A DNA stretch of 64,000 nucleotides from Gemmatimonadota bacterium (GCA_039586795.1 JBDHJS010000014.1:1-64000); one strand, 5' to 3'. Counted from the stretch's first letter, positions 21,958-31,700 are shown. A program made the numbers and translations. The notes: generated from the letters alone by a model not told the origin.

Positions 21958-23457
21958 TTACGGCCCTGAGGCAGGCCATCGGCGGGCCCGGAAGCCGACG
22001 GATAGGACGGTGTGGAAATCGTCGCTGGGAGCCGTATAGACGGCCACTGAGAGGCCGGCAAATGTGACTCCGAGGCCTATGTCGTGGACGGTGGACGGCC
22101 GAGGTCCGATATCGCTCCAGGCGTTGCCCGCAGCGTACTGAACCCAACTGACGATACGCCCAAGACGGCCGATCGTCGGGCCTACGGGGACGTTGTAGGT
22201 CGCCCCCACCCACCACATTCGGTCGCCGACGCGCCCGGTGGGGATCAGGGTCGGCAAAGTTCCCCAGGCGCCCAGAGCCCTCCAGCGCTGGGTCGGAGCA
22301 TCGTCCGAGACCGGAACCTGGCCCCGGCCTTCGAGGAGGAGCGTTTGATCGCCCAGAGTGGCCAGATCGGCGCGAACCGCACCTCCCAGGAGGGTGAAAG
22401 ACAGATCGCCCGCCACGTCTTCATCGGCGATCTCGAAATCGAGCTCCATATCCAGCTGAGCCCGACTTCCGGTCCACACGCTGAGCGTACCCACGTAAGC
22501 GAAGCTGACGATGTCGGCATCAACCACGGGTAGGTTGGGCTGAAAACCGCCAGCCCGCGCATCGAAGAGCGACCACGGATCCCGGTTGTCCAACGGGCGC
22601 GTCTGCTCCCAGAGGGCGACGAAGTCGTTGCTCCAAACCGTACGACTTCCGAAGGAGAGACGTAACGCCGCATCGGTGAAGTAGGCGTCGTAGTAGTTCC
22701 GCGTGTCCACTGCCCCCACGATGGCGTAGACCGAGTTCTCGACATCGCCGTTGATCCACCGATCGTTCGATCGAACGGTCCTGCCCCCCATGACCGTGAA
22801 GGCGTGCGCGCCGAATGGCCACTGCAGCTGCAGGTCACCGTCGAACGTCTTTCGCACTGTGCGGTAGCGCGCCCTGAGCTTCATGTTGGGCAGCCAGTTG
22901 TGGCCGCCTCGCTGGAAGTCGACGCCAGCTGCGATCGTCACCGCGTTGACTCGGTCATAGAGCGGTATCAACAAGCCATACAGCCCCGGTAGCGCCACAC
23001 GCGCCCGAGAACCCGGTGCAACGATCAGGTAGCTCCCGTCCCCTCGCCGCTCCACGCTGTACGCGTAGGTCGAAGCGCTGATCGGGCGCTCTCCCAACTC
23101 GGCTAGAGAGGAGCCGTAAAACCCGCCCCCCATCACGACCACCGTGCCCTCAATGATGCCCCCCGGCCGGGCGAAGACATCGCTCTGAACACCTACGAGG
23201 TCCCCGCCAATTCGACCCTCGACACGCAGCGAGGCCGCCAACAGAATGACGTCGCCCGCGATCACTTCTCCCGCCGCCAGCACCGTGTCCCGGTCGAGTA
23301 CCGTATAGCGACCCCGCTCCAGCACCTGGCGCAGCACCGCGTCGGCCTGGGACATTCCGCCGGAGCCTTTCCTGAAGGAAACCTGCTGCCCGAAAGCCGA
23401 GCCGGCGAGCAACATGACGGCGGCGAGAGCGACAAACAAGTGTTTCCAGCACCTCAA
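21958..23457 (-). CDS. Exported protein: N-terminal bactofilin-like beta-helix plus C-terminal beta-rich (outer-membrane barrel-like) region
   Basis: Signal peptide (LFVALAAVMLLAGSAFG); GDV/GDL/GTV repeats; amphipathic beta strands; TTG 23457 chosen because of an upstream TACAAT and SD-like AGGG. Confidence 0.55.
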   Translation of the reverse strand: MRCWKHLFVALAAVMLLAGSAFGQQVSFRKGSGGMSQADAVLRQVLERGRYTVLDRDTVLAAGEVIAGDVILLAASLRVEGRIGGDLVGVQSDVFARPGGIIEGTVVVMGGGFYGSSLAELGERPISASTYAYSVERRGDGSYLIVAPGSRARVALPGLYGLLIPLYDRVNAVTIAAGVDFQRGGHNWLPNMKLRARYRTVRKTFDGDLQLQWPFGAHAFTVMGGRTVRSNDRWINGDVENSVYAIVGAVDTRNYYDAYFTDAALRLSFGSRTVWSNDFVALWEQTRPLDNRDPWSLFDARAGGFQPNLPVVDADIVSFAYVGTLSVWTGSRAQLDMELDFEIADEDVAGDLSFTLLGGAVRADLATLGDQTLLLEGRGQVPVSDDAPTQRWRALGAWGTLPTLIPTGRVGDRMWWVGATYNVPVGPTIGRLGRIVSWVQYAAGNAWSDIGPRPSTVHDIGLGVTFAGLSVAVYTAPSDDFHTVLSVGFRARRWPASGP

Positions 23458-23527
23458 GTTAACCCTGGATGCTCTATTGTAAGTATTTGGAAAAATTTGG
23501 TTTGTCCGCATCGATCTCAGGTTCGCT

Positions 23528-24442
23528 CTAAGCACGTGGATGATACTGTTGGTGCACTTCGCTCAGATAGCTCCGATCAAGGTGCGTGTAGATCTGGGTC
23601 GTCGAGATATCCGCATGGCCGAGCATCTCCTGCACGGCCGCAATATCCGCCCCGCCCTGCAACAGATGAGTCGCAAAAGTATGGCGAAGCGTGTGCGGAG
23701 TCACGCGCTTCTGGATTCCCGCCGATAGCACGTGGCGGCGTACGATATCCCACGCGCCTTTTCGCGTCAGCGATCTCCCGCGTCGCCCCAGAAACAGGGT
23801 CCCACCGGCGGTCCGTCCGCTGGCCTGCGCCAGAGTTGGTCGCGACTCATTCAGGTACGTGCTAACCGCGTCCAGCGCTACCCCTCCAAAGGGAACGATC
23901 CGCTCCTTCGATCCCTTGCCCACAACGCGTACCAGCCGCTCCTCCAGATCGAGATCCCGAACGCGCAAGTTTACCAGCTCGGAGATTCTGACTCCCGTCG
24001 CGTACATCAACTCGAGGATCGCTCGATCTCGCAGCCCAAGCGGATCTCTCACGTCCGCATCTTCGAGCAGCGCTTCCACCTCGTTCCGCGTCAGAACGGT
24101 CGGTAGCGTTCGTCCTGTCTTCGGCCCCTCGAGAAGCTCGCTGGGATCACGATCAATCAACCCTTCGGCGAGTAGAAAGCCGAAGTAGCTGCGTAAAGAT
24201 GAGATCTTCCGCCGGATGCTGGCGGGTGCTCTACCGGACTCTTTCAGCTGATAGACATACTCTCGCAAATCAGCCACGCTCACCGGTCCGGGAGACTCGA
24301 ACCCGTTGTCCTCCAAGAATCCGATGAACTGGGCCAGATCGGCCGCGTAGGCATCCGCCGTCGTCGCGGACAGCCCCCGCTCGAAGCGCAGATAGTCTTC
24401 GAATCGCTCACTGTAAAAGCGTTGAGCCGTCTCCTCCATCAC
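23528..24442 (-). CDS. xerD: Site-specific tyrosine recombinase XerD
   Basis: GVRISE, GKGSKER, HTLRHTFATHLL, LGHADISTTQIYTH, ends HPRA. Confidence 0.9.
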   Translation of the reverse strand: MMEETAQRFYSERFEDYLRFERGLSATTADAYAADLAQFIGFLEDNGFESPGPVSVADLREYVYQLKESGRAPASIRRKISSLRSYFGFLLAEGLIDRDPSELLEGPKTGRTLPTVLTRNEVEALLEDADVRDPLGLRDRAILELMYATGVRISELVNLRVRDLDLEERLVRVVGKGSKERIVPFGGVALDAVSTYLNESRPTLAQASGRTAGGTLFLGRRGRSLTRKGAWDIVRRHVLSAGIQKRVTPHTLRHTFATHLLQGGADIAAVQEMLGHADISTTQIYTHLDRSYLSEVHQQYHPRA

Positions 24443-24449
24443 CTATACC

Positions 24450-25142
24450 TTACTCCGGCCTTTCGGTCTCTGTCGAATAGTGCCGGGTTTTCCACCAGAC
24501 CACGGCCAGGACGATCCCCAAAACCGAGGCGAAGCCAAGCAGCAAGAGGTTGACGCTCTCCAGTGCGCTCAAGATCGCTTCCCAATTGTTGCCGAGCATG
24601 GTGCCAGCGTACACCAGAACGCCGTACCAAATCGCTGACGCCAGCGCCACGGGGATGGTCACGCGCCACAGCGGCAGATGGCTTATGCCAGCAAAGATGG
24701 GTACCAATGACCGAAACGCCGGCAGAAACCGGCTGACGAAGATGATCTTGCTTCCGTGCGCGTTATACAAGGCGGCTAGGCGTTCCAGCTGCCGCGGCCG
24801 CAGCAGCCAGCGGCCGGCTCGCGTTCCCACCACGCTCCTTCCCCACCGACGGGCGACGCCGTAGGCCAGTAACGCCGTGGCCGTATTGGAGCTCCAGGTC
24901 GCGAGGAAGATCCCGGTCCCGGTGACCTGACCCTGAGCGCTTAGAAAAGCCCCCAGTACGACGAACGTATCGGCGGGGATCGGAGGAAAGAAGTTCTCCA
25001 GCGCCACCCCGATCGCCGCAGCCAGATAGATCCAGCGCGGCGCCACCGTGCTCAGGCTCTGGAAGAACCGTTCGATCTCGGGGAGCTGGAGCCATTCACC
25101 CGGGGCATTGAGCGCCAGCCCCAGGAGCAGGCCATCAGGCAC
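24450..25142 (-). CDS. DedA family membrane protein
   Basis: ENFFPPIPAD, SRFLPAFRS. Confidence 0.9.
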   Translation of the reverse strand: MPDGLLLGLALNAPGEWLQLPEIERFFQSLSTVAPRWIYLAAAIGVALENFFPPIPADTFVVLGAFLSAQGQVTGTGIFLATWSSNTATALLAYGVARRWGRSVVGTRAGRWLLRPRQLERLAALYNAHGSKIIFVSRFLPAFRSLVPIFAGISHLPLWRVTIPVALASAIWYGVLVYAGTMLGNNWEAILSALESVNLLLLGFASVLGIVLAVVWWKTRHYSTETERPE

Positions 25143-25644
25143 TGTCGGCCCCTCGTGGGAAATCCGGTTCGCGGACCCGGTCGATGAGGGAGACCGCCCA
25201 GGCGGCTATCCCCTCGGCTCGTCCCAGGGCTCCGAGCCCCTCCGCCGTCGTGGCTTTGATGGACACTTGACCGGGAGAAACACCTATCGTGTCGGCGAGC
25301 TTGCGACGCATCTCCTCGACCTGGGGAGCGATGCGGGGCTGCTCGGCGACCAGGGCCACATCGATATTGACCGGTTGGTAGTTCTCCGCCTCCAGCAGAC
25401 GAAGCACCTGAGCGAGCATCTCCAACGAAGAAACGTCACGCCACCGCTCGTCCGTGTCGGGAAAGTGCTGGCCGATGTCGCCCAGGCCGGCGGCGCCCAA
25501 CAGCGCATCGATGATCGCATGCGTCAGAACGTCGGCGTCGCTGTGACCGGCCAGGCCTGGCACACCGGCGAACTCGACCCCGCCGAGTATGAGACGGCGG
25601 TTGTCATCGAAGCTGTGGATGTCGAATCCGATTCCAACCCGCAT
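25135..25644 (-). CDS. ispF: 2-C-methyl-D-erythritol 2,4-cyclodiphosphate synthase
   Basis: RVGIGFDIH, GHSDADVLTHA, GDIGQHFPD, KATTAE. Confidence 0.97.
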   Translation of the reverse strand: MRVGIGFDIHSFDDNRRLILGGVEFAGVPGLAGHSDADVLTHAIIDALLGAAGLGDIGQHFPDTDERWRDVSSLEMLAQVLRLLEAENYQPVNIDVALVAEQPRIAPQVEEMRRKLADTIGVSPGQVSIKATTAEGLGALGRAEGIAAWAVSLIDRVREPDFPRGADSA

Positions 25645-25654
25645 CTACACACTT

Positions 25655-26022
25655 CCACTCTCGTTGGGACGACCTGGTCTGTAACCCCAGGTCACATCAG
25701 GGATTCCGCTTTCGGTAATAACCCCGCCCGCTCCCCAGAACAAGCCTCTACCCGAGAGGAACCCGCGCCGGGAACCCGTGGCGAGTTGAATTGTTTGTGG
25801 TATGAATGCGGCTCCTGCAAGCCGTCGCCCATTCGCGAGACGATAACGCCAAGGGGGGTTGGCGACCTGGGTCAACGATCCGTCACCGGGCGCCGTAAAG
25901 CGATGATTAGCGTCCCGCTCCCCCCCTTGGTCGTATGCCATCCTGACCGACGTCGTCACCCGGTCAGCCATCACAGATCTGCCCGGCTCGAGAAGAGGCC
26001 CGGATTGGCACCGAAGCGCTTT
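25655..26022 (-). ncRNA. Candidate large structured RNA, family not recognised
   Basis: Dense nested helices with G-U pairs that work on the minus strand; cUUCGg and cGAAAg tetraloops; 10-bp CCAAGGGGGG/CCCCCCTTGG helix. Confidence 0.55.
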
Positions 26023-26027
26023 TCAGG

Positions 26028-27131
26028 TCAAGTCAGTACGAGACCGTAGCTTCTCGCTCGCTCCGGGTCGTCTTCGACAAGAGTGTAATCCTGGTAGCGT
26101 TGCTTGGGGATGAATCCGGCGTCCTCGATGATTCGCCGCATCTCGGGCTCCGGCATGATGAAGTCGGTGCCTGTCGCCGAAACGACGTTCTCCTCGATCA
26201 TCAGTGACCCGAAATCGTTGCAGCCGAAGCGAAGCGCGATCTGGGCGACCTTGGGACCCTGCGTGACGTAGGAGACTTGCAGGTTGTCGAAGTTGTCCAG
26301 CACGATGCGTGAGAGGGCCACCAGGCGCAGATACTCCATCGCCGTCGCCTCCGGCGTCCCCTCCATCTCCGTACCTTGCGCTTGCAGCGACCACGGAATG
26401 AAGGCTGTGAAGCGCCCGGTCCGCGCCTGCAGAGCCTTCAGTTGCAGAAGGTGCTCCAGACGATCCTCATCCGACTCGCCGGTCCCGTACATCATCGTGG
26501 CGGTCGTCAGCATACCCAGGGTGTGCGCCACTTCGTGGATGGCGATCCAGCCGGCGGTGTCCGTCTTCTTCTTCGCGATACGGTCGCGCACGCTATCGAC
26601 CAGGATCTCAGCGCCCGCCCCCGGCATCGAGTCCAGACCCGCTTCCTTGAGCGCCAACAGCGTCTCCTCGATCGAGAGCTTCGAGACCTTGGCGATGATC
26701 TCGATCTCCGATGCGGAGAAAGCGTGCACGTGTATTGGGTGCTCTTCTTTTATGTGGCGCAGCAGGTCCGTGTACCACTCCAGCGGCAGATAGGGGTTGT
26801 GGCCACCCTGCATCAAGATCTGAACGGCTCCCAGCTTCTTGGCCTCATCGATCTTTCGGCCGATCTGCTCGTAGGAAAGCGTGTAGGACTCGTCATGCTT
26901 GGGTCGTCGATAGAAAGCGCAGAACGTGCAGTCCGTGACGCAGACGTTCGTATAGTTGATGTTCCGGTCTACGATATACGTGACGTGGCCCTCAGGGTGT
27001 CGCGCCGCGCGGATCCGGTCCGCCTCCCCTGCCAACTCGAGCAACGGCATGTTGCGGTAGATGTCGAGGTACTCCTCGATCTCACCCCGCGGGAAACCTA
27101 GTTCCTGGCCGACCTCGACGACTCCCATCAC
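26028..27131 (-). CDS. mqnC: Cyclic dehypoxanthine futalosine synthase (radical SAM)
   Basis: DRNINYTNVCVTDCTFCAFYR, QGGHNP, PGAGAEIL, GCNDFGSLMIEENVV. Confidence 0.9.
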   Translation of the reverse strand: MMGVVEVGQELGFPRGEIEEYLDIYRNMPLLELAGEADRIRAARHPEGHVTYIVDRNINYTNVCVTDCTFCAFYRRPKHDESYTLSYEQIGRKIDEAKKLGAVQILMQGGHNPYLPLEWYTDLLRHIKEEHPIHVHAFSASEIEIIAKVSKLSIEETLLALKEAGLDSMPGAGAEILVDSVRDRIAKKKTDTAGWIAIHEVAHTLGMLTTATMMYGTGESDEDRLEHLLQLKALQARTGRFTAFIPWSLQAQGTEMEGTPEATAMEYLRLVALSRIVLDNFDNLQVSYVTQGPKVAQIALRFGCNDFGSLMIEENVVSATGTDFIMPEPEMRRIIEDAGFIPKQRYQDYTLVEDDPERARSYGLVLT

Positions 27132-28268
27132 AGTTCCCGAATTTCGTTGTACAGCGAGTCGCGTTCCACCGGACGCTTCCCCGTGTCCTTGATCAGGCGA
27201 ACGATCTCGTCGAACGATAGACCGATCGGTGTCTGCGCTCCGGCGTCATGGGTGATCTTCTCCAGGACGACGGTACCCTCCAGATCGTCCACTCCGAAGT
27301 TCAGCGCCACCTGAGAGATCTTCGGCGTCACCATGATCCAGTGGGTCTTGATATGGTCGAAGTTGTCGAGGAACAGCCGCCCCACCGCCAGGTTCTTGAT
27401 GTCGTCGAACCCGGTCGTTCGTCGACCGTTCCAACCCATCCGCTCGCCCAGTTCGTTGTTCTCCGGATGATAGGCCAACGGGATATAGGTCAGGAAGCCG
27501 CCCGTCTCATCCTGCAGTTCGCGGAGCAACGAGAGACGCTGTACGCGGTCCACGTCCGTTTCCACATGACCGTAGAGCAGCGTGCAGTTGCTGGGGATCC
27601 CTAGCTCGTGAGCTTCACGGTGGACGCGAATCCATTCTTCCGCGACCATCTTGCGATCGGCGATTGTCGACCTCACCGCCGGGCCGAAGACCTCGGCTCC
27701 ACCGCCCGGAAGGGTGTCCACACCCGATGCCTTCATCGCCTTCAGCACGTCCACGGTCTCGATTCCCTCGATGCGCGCCAGGTGCCCGATTTCGACTGCT
27801 GTGAGCGCCTTAACCTGCACGCCAGGGTGCCGCTCCTTGAGCCCACGGAACATGTCCAGGTAGTAGTCGAGCCGCAGTTTCGGGTGGAGGCCGCCGACGA
27901 TGTGGAACTCGCGGATTCCGCGCTCGCTCGCGCCGTCGGCTTCGGCTAGCGTCTCTTCCAGCGTCATCGTGTAGGCACGCTCGTCCATCGGCTTCACGGC
28001 GTACGAACAAAACACGCACACCTTGTTCAGGATGCAGACGTTGGTCGGATTGATGTGCTGGTTGGCTGCGAAGAACACCCGGTCGCCGTTCTTCCGCTTG
28101 TTGACCAGGTCTGCCATGGCGCCGATGGCAAGGAGGTCGGACGAGCGGAAGAGCGCCACTCCGTCTTCGACCGAGAGTCGCTCCGCCGCCTCGATCTTCT
28201 CGGCGAGCGGCTCCAGAGCGGGGTCCGTGGGTTTAACGGCGAGTGGTTCTTCTATTAGCCTGGGCATG
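27128..28268 (-). CDS. mqnE: Aminofutalosine synthase (radical SAM)
   Basis: HINPTNVC, HIVGGLHP, KALTAVEI, PGGGAEVF, NFDHIK, GTVVLEKITHDAGA; ATG 28268 chosen. Confidence 0.9.
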
Positions 28269-28426
28269 CGCGGTTCCCGTTCGGACGATTGGCCTGACGA
28301 CCTCCGATCAGTAGCGAGAATCACTCTGACCGCAGGTCGCCTTGTAGTAACAGGGGAGTTCGGAACCTGAGGAGCTACGCATCCCTCCAGGCTCGAGCGT
28401 CCCCTGTATACGGAACAACGATGTCT

Positions 28427-28449
28427 GAAGTCTCTTCGTTCGAGACTTC
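28427..28449 (-). terminator. Hairpin directly after the fabF stop
   Basis: GAAGTCTC-N7-GAGACTTC perfect 8-bp stem; no U-tract. Confidence 0.5.
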
Positions 28450-28459
28450 TGTGGTGTGC

Positions 28460-29713
28460 CTACTCTTCCCAGCGCTTGATCGCCAGACAGGCGTTATGCC
28501 CGCCAAAGCCAAACGAGTTGGTGAGCGCCAGCTTGACCGGGCGCTCCGTCATCTCGTTGAACGAGTAGTTGAGGTCGCACTCGGGGTCGGCCTCGGTGAA
28601 GTTGATCGTCGGCGGGATCTTCCCCTCCCTGACGACCAGTGCCGAAATCACCCCTTCGACACCTCCGGCGGCCCCAAGCGTGTGCCCCGTCATCGATTTG
28701 GTCGAGCTGACGACCAGCTTGTTCGCATGGTCACCAAAGACTCTCTTGATCGCCTGGGTCTCGCTCAGATCGTTCAGCGGCGTCGACGTTCCGTGTGCGT
28801 TGATGTAGTCGACGTCCTGAGGTTGCACACCAGCATCCTCGATAGCCAGTTTCATCACGCGCTGCGCGCCTTCGCCTTCCGGAGCCGGCGCCGTCATGTG
28901 ATGCGCGTCGGCCGTCAGTCCGTAGCCAACGATCTCCGCGATGATCGGAGCGCCGCGTTCCCTGGCAAACTCCAGCTCTTCCATCACGACGAATCCGGCG
29001 CCCTCACCCAACACAAAACCGTCCCGCGTCGCATCGAACGGCCGACTCGCGGTCTCCGGACTGTCATTTCGGAACGACAGAGCCTTCATCGAAGCGAAGC
29101 CCGCCATCGTGAGCGGCGTAACCGTCGACTCCGTGCCGCCCGAAATGATCACGTCGGCAATGCCCCGCTGGATCAGCTTGAACGCGTTGCCGATCGCGTG
29201 CGCGCTCGATGCGCACGCCGACTGGATGCTGTAGTTCGGCCCCTTAGCGCCGTACTTCATCGAGATCAGCCCAGGCGCCATGTCGGCGATGAACATCGGC
29301 ACAAAGAACGGCGATACCCGATCCGGCCCTTTGTTCAGGTACACCATATGCTGCGCCTCGAGCGTGCCGATCCCGCCAATCCCGCTACCGGTGATCACGC
29401 CAAAGCGATCACCCGGGATACTCGGCGAGCTTCCGAGGCCCGCTTGCTGCATCGCCTGCTCTGCAGCGACCAGCGCGAACTGGTTGAACCTGTCAGTACG
29501 CTTGACTTCTTTGCGGTCCAGGTGCTCGGTCGGCTCGAAATTCTTTGCTTCCGCCGCGAACTGCACGGGCTGCTCGCTCGCGTCGTAGGCGGTTATCGTT
29601 GCACCACCACTCACGCCGGACAGCAGAGCTTCCCAGCAGCTCGATAGATCATTCCCGACGGCCGTGATCAGACCGGCGCCAGTGAATACGACTCTTCGTT
29701 TTTCTGCACTCAT
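28460..29713 (-). CDS. fabF: Beta-ketoacyl-ACP synthase II
   Basis: SACASS, NAHGTST, GHTLGAAG, NSFGFGGHN. Confidence 0.97.
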   Translation of the reverse strand: MSAEKRRVVFTGAGLITAVGNDLSSCWEALLSGVSGGATITAYDASEQPVQFAAEAKNFEPTEHLDRKEVKRTDRFNQFALVAAEQAMQQAGLGSSPSIPGDRFGVITGSGIGGIGTLEAQHMVYLNKGPDRVSPFFVPMFIADMAPGLISMKYGAKGPNYSIQSACASSAHAIGNAFKLIQRGIADVIISGGTESTVTPLTMAGFASMKALSFRNDSPETASRPFDATRDGFVLGEGAGFVVMEELEFARERGAPIIAEIVGYGLTADAHHMTAPAPEGEGAQRVMKLAIEDAGVQPQDVDYINAHGTSTPLNDLSETQAIKRVFGDHANKLVVSSTKSMTGHTLGAAGGVEGVISALVVREGKIPPTINFTEADPECDLNYSFNEMTERPVKLALTNSFGFGGHNACLAIKRWEE

Positions 29714-29721
29714 AGGGACGC

Positions 29722-29961
29722 TTACGACCCTTCCTTCTCCTCGAGATACCGCACGGCGTCGCCCACCGTCTCCATCTTCTCGGCATCCTCATCCGGGATC
29801 TCGATCCCGAACTCTTCCTCGAACGCCATCACGAGCTCGACCGTATCGAGCGAGTCGGCGCCGAGATCCTCCACGAACGAAGCCTCAGCGGTGACCTTGG
29901 AAGGCTCTACACCGAGTTCGTTGACGATGATATCCCGGACGCGGGACTCAATCTCTGCCAT
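29722..29961 (-). CDS. acpP: Acyl carrier protein
   Basis: [14 protein letters not shown]; strong SD AAGGAG. Confidence 0.98.
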   Translation of the reverse strand: MAEIESRVRDIIVNELGVEPSKVTAEASFVEDLGADSLDTVELVMAFEEEFGIEIPDEDAEKMETVGDAVRYLEEKEGS

Positions 29962-30027
29962 GAGTAGTCTCCTTTACCTTTTCTCCCTAAAACCTACTGG
30001 AACTGTTGAAATAGATTAACCCCGAAA

Positions 30028-30759
30028 TTACATGACCATGCCGCCGTCCACAACAAGCACCTGGCCTGTCATGTAGCCCGATTCCGGGCCTGCGAGGAAG
30101 CGGATGACGCTGGCTACATCCTCCGGTTGCCCCAGCTTTTCCATAGGGATCTGCGCCTGCAGCATCTCCCGCGCTTTCTCCGGCAGCTTGGCGGTCATCT
30201 GCGTATCGATGAAGCCGGGAGCGACCGCGTTCGACCGGACCCCCCGTGGAGCTAGCTCCTTGGCCACGGCTTTTGTGAAGCCGATGACCCCCGCCTTGGC
30301 CGCGGCGTAGTTCGCCTGGCCCGCATTCCCCATCACGCCCACGACGGAAGCAAGATTGACGATCGAACCGCCCCGCTGCTTGACCATGCCGCGGATGACG
30401 GCTCTCGTCATGTTGAACGTGCCACGAAGGTTCACGTTCATGACAAGGTCCCAGTCCGCGTCCTTCATGCGCAGGAGCAGATTGTCCCGGGTGACCCCGG
30501 CGTTGTTGACGAGCACTGAGATGGGCCCAACCTCAGATGTGATCGCCTTCACCGTATCGCTCACCTGAGTCGGGTCGGTCACGTCACAGATGAATCCCCG
30601 GGCGTCCGGTAGCTCAGCCTCCGCGGCCTGCTTGCCGGCCTCGTCAAGATCGAGCAGGGCGAGCTTGGCGCCCGCATCCGTCAATTGCCTGGCGGTCGCC
30701 ATTCCGATGCCGCGGAATCCTCCGGTTACAACCGCGACGGCTCCATCAAGTCCCTGCAT
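30028..30759 (-). CDS. fabG: 3-oxoacyl-ACP reductase
   Basis: TGGFRGIG, NNAGVTRD, YAAAK. Confidence 0.96.
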   Translation of the reverse strand: MQGLDGAVAVVTGGFRGIGMATARQLTDAGAKLALLDLDEAGKQAAEAELPDARGFICDVTDPTQVSDTVKAITSEVGPISVLVNNAGVTRDNLLLRMKDADWDLVMNVNLRGTFNMTRAVIRGMVKQRGGSIVNLASVVGVMGNAGQANYAAAKAGVIGFTKAVAKELAPRGVRSNAVAPGFIDTQMTAKLPEKAREMLQAQIPMEKLGQPEDVASVIRFLAGPESGYMTGQVLVVDGGMVM

Positions 30760-31687
30760 CAAGTCCTGCCTTCATTAGTCGTTCAACGTCTTCAGGCGTT
30801 CCGATCTCCGCGCCCTGAAGCTTCTTGTCTATGCGCCGTAGCAGGCCGGTTAGCACCTTTCCGGGTCCGAACTCGACGAACTCGCTCACTCCCGACCCCG
30901 CTATCATCTGGACGCTCTCGGTCCAGCGCACCGGAGCCGTGAGCTGCCTCAGCAACGTTGTGCGCGCCGCCTCCGCATCCGTAATCGGCAGCGCCGTGGC
31001 GTTAGCCACGATTGGAAACCTCGGGTCCTTGAACTCGACGCTCTCCAGAGCGTCTCTCAAACCAGCCTCTGCATCGGCCATCAGCGGAGAGTGGAACGCC
31101 CCGCTCACCGACAGCGGCTTCACCATCTTCGCGCCCGCCTGTTTGGCAAGCTCGCCAGCCCGGCCCACGGCTTCCACGTCGCCCGAGATCACGATCTGTT
31201 GCGGGGAGTTGTAGTTGGCCGCGACCACCACTCCGCCTTCGCCGCTCACCTCCGCGCACACGCCCTCGATCGATGCCGCGTCGAGCCCCACAACCGCGGA
31301 CATCGTTCCCTCCCGAGCCGCGGCCATCAGCTCGCCACGACGCCGCACCAGGCGCACCGCATCGTCAAAGGTGATCGAGCCGGCGGCGGCGTACGCCGTG
31401 AACTCTCCCAACGAATGGCCGGCAGCAAAACGAACGCGCTCACCGACGGCCTCCTGCACCGTACTCCACGCAGCGAAGGCGTGAATCAGGATGGCCGGCT
31501 GCGCGTTCTCCGTCTGCCGGAGCTCTTCCTCGGGTCCTTCCCAGCAAACGCGAGAGAGGGCGATGCCGAGGACGTCGTCGGCACGCTCGAACAGCTCACG
31601 CGCCCGGGAGCTCGATTGGGCGAGTTCCGCCCCCATGCCTACATGCTGGCTTCCCTGCCCTGGAAACTGTGCTGCCAGATCGCTCAC
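30746..31687 (-). CDS. fabD: Malonyl-CoA:ACP transacylase
   Basis: FPGQGSQ, GHSLGE, SGAFHS. Confidence 0.97.
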   Translation of the reverse strand: MSDLAAQFPGQGSQHVGMGAELAQSSSRARELFERADDVLGIALSRVCWEGPEEELRQTENAQPAILIHAFAAWSTVQEAVGERVRFAAGHSLGEFTAYAAAGSITFDDAVRLVRRRGELMAAAREGTMSAVVGLDAASIEGVCAEVSGEGGVVVAANYNSPQQIVISGDVEAVGRAGELAKQAGAKMVKPLSVSGAFHSPLMADAEAGLRDALESVEFKDPRFPIVANATALPITDAEAARTTLLRQLTAPVRWTESVQMIAGSGVSEFVEFGPGKVLTGLLRRIDKKLQGAEIGTPEDVERLMKAGLDAGT

Positions 31688-31700
31688 GCCGTCGACCCCT

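Noticed and set aside
23528..24442. Phage or island integrase
   Set aside because: XerD-type motifs and length, housekeeping context, and no att repeats or cargo genes
25665..25702. Hammerhead-like CUGAUG followed by a stem on the minus strand
   Set aside because: Reads CUGAUGU rather than CUGANGA, and the stem is followed by GUCC instead of the required GAAA
25645..25974. 109-aa minus-strand ORF abutting ispF
   Set aside because: No recognisable motif (not IspD) and atypical composition; the region is better explained by RNA pairing. Not fully excluded.
25655..26022. Assignment as RNase P RNA, tmRNA, SRP or 6S
   Set aside because: Lacks GAGGAAAGUCC/ACAGAA..CGGCUUA, tRNA-like ends with a T-loop, the SRP GGAA-loop motif, and the single-rod 6S shape
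26005..26022. Sigma-54 promoter (TGGCAC) given rpoN in the window
   Set aside because: No TTGC at the -12 position
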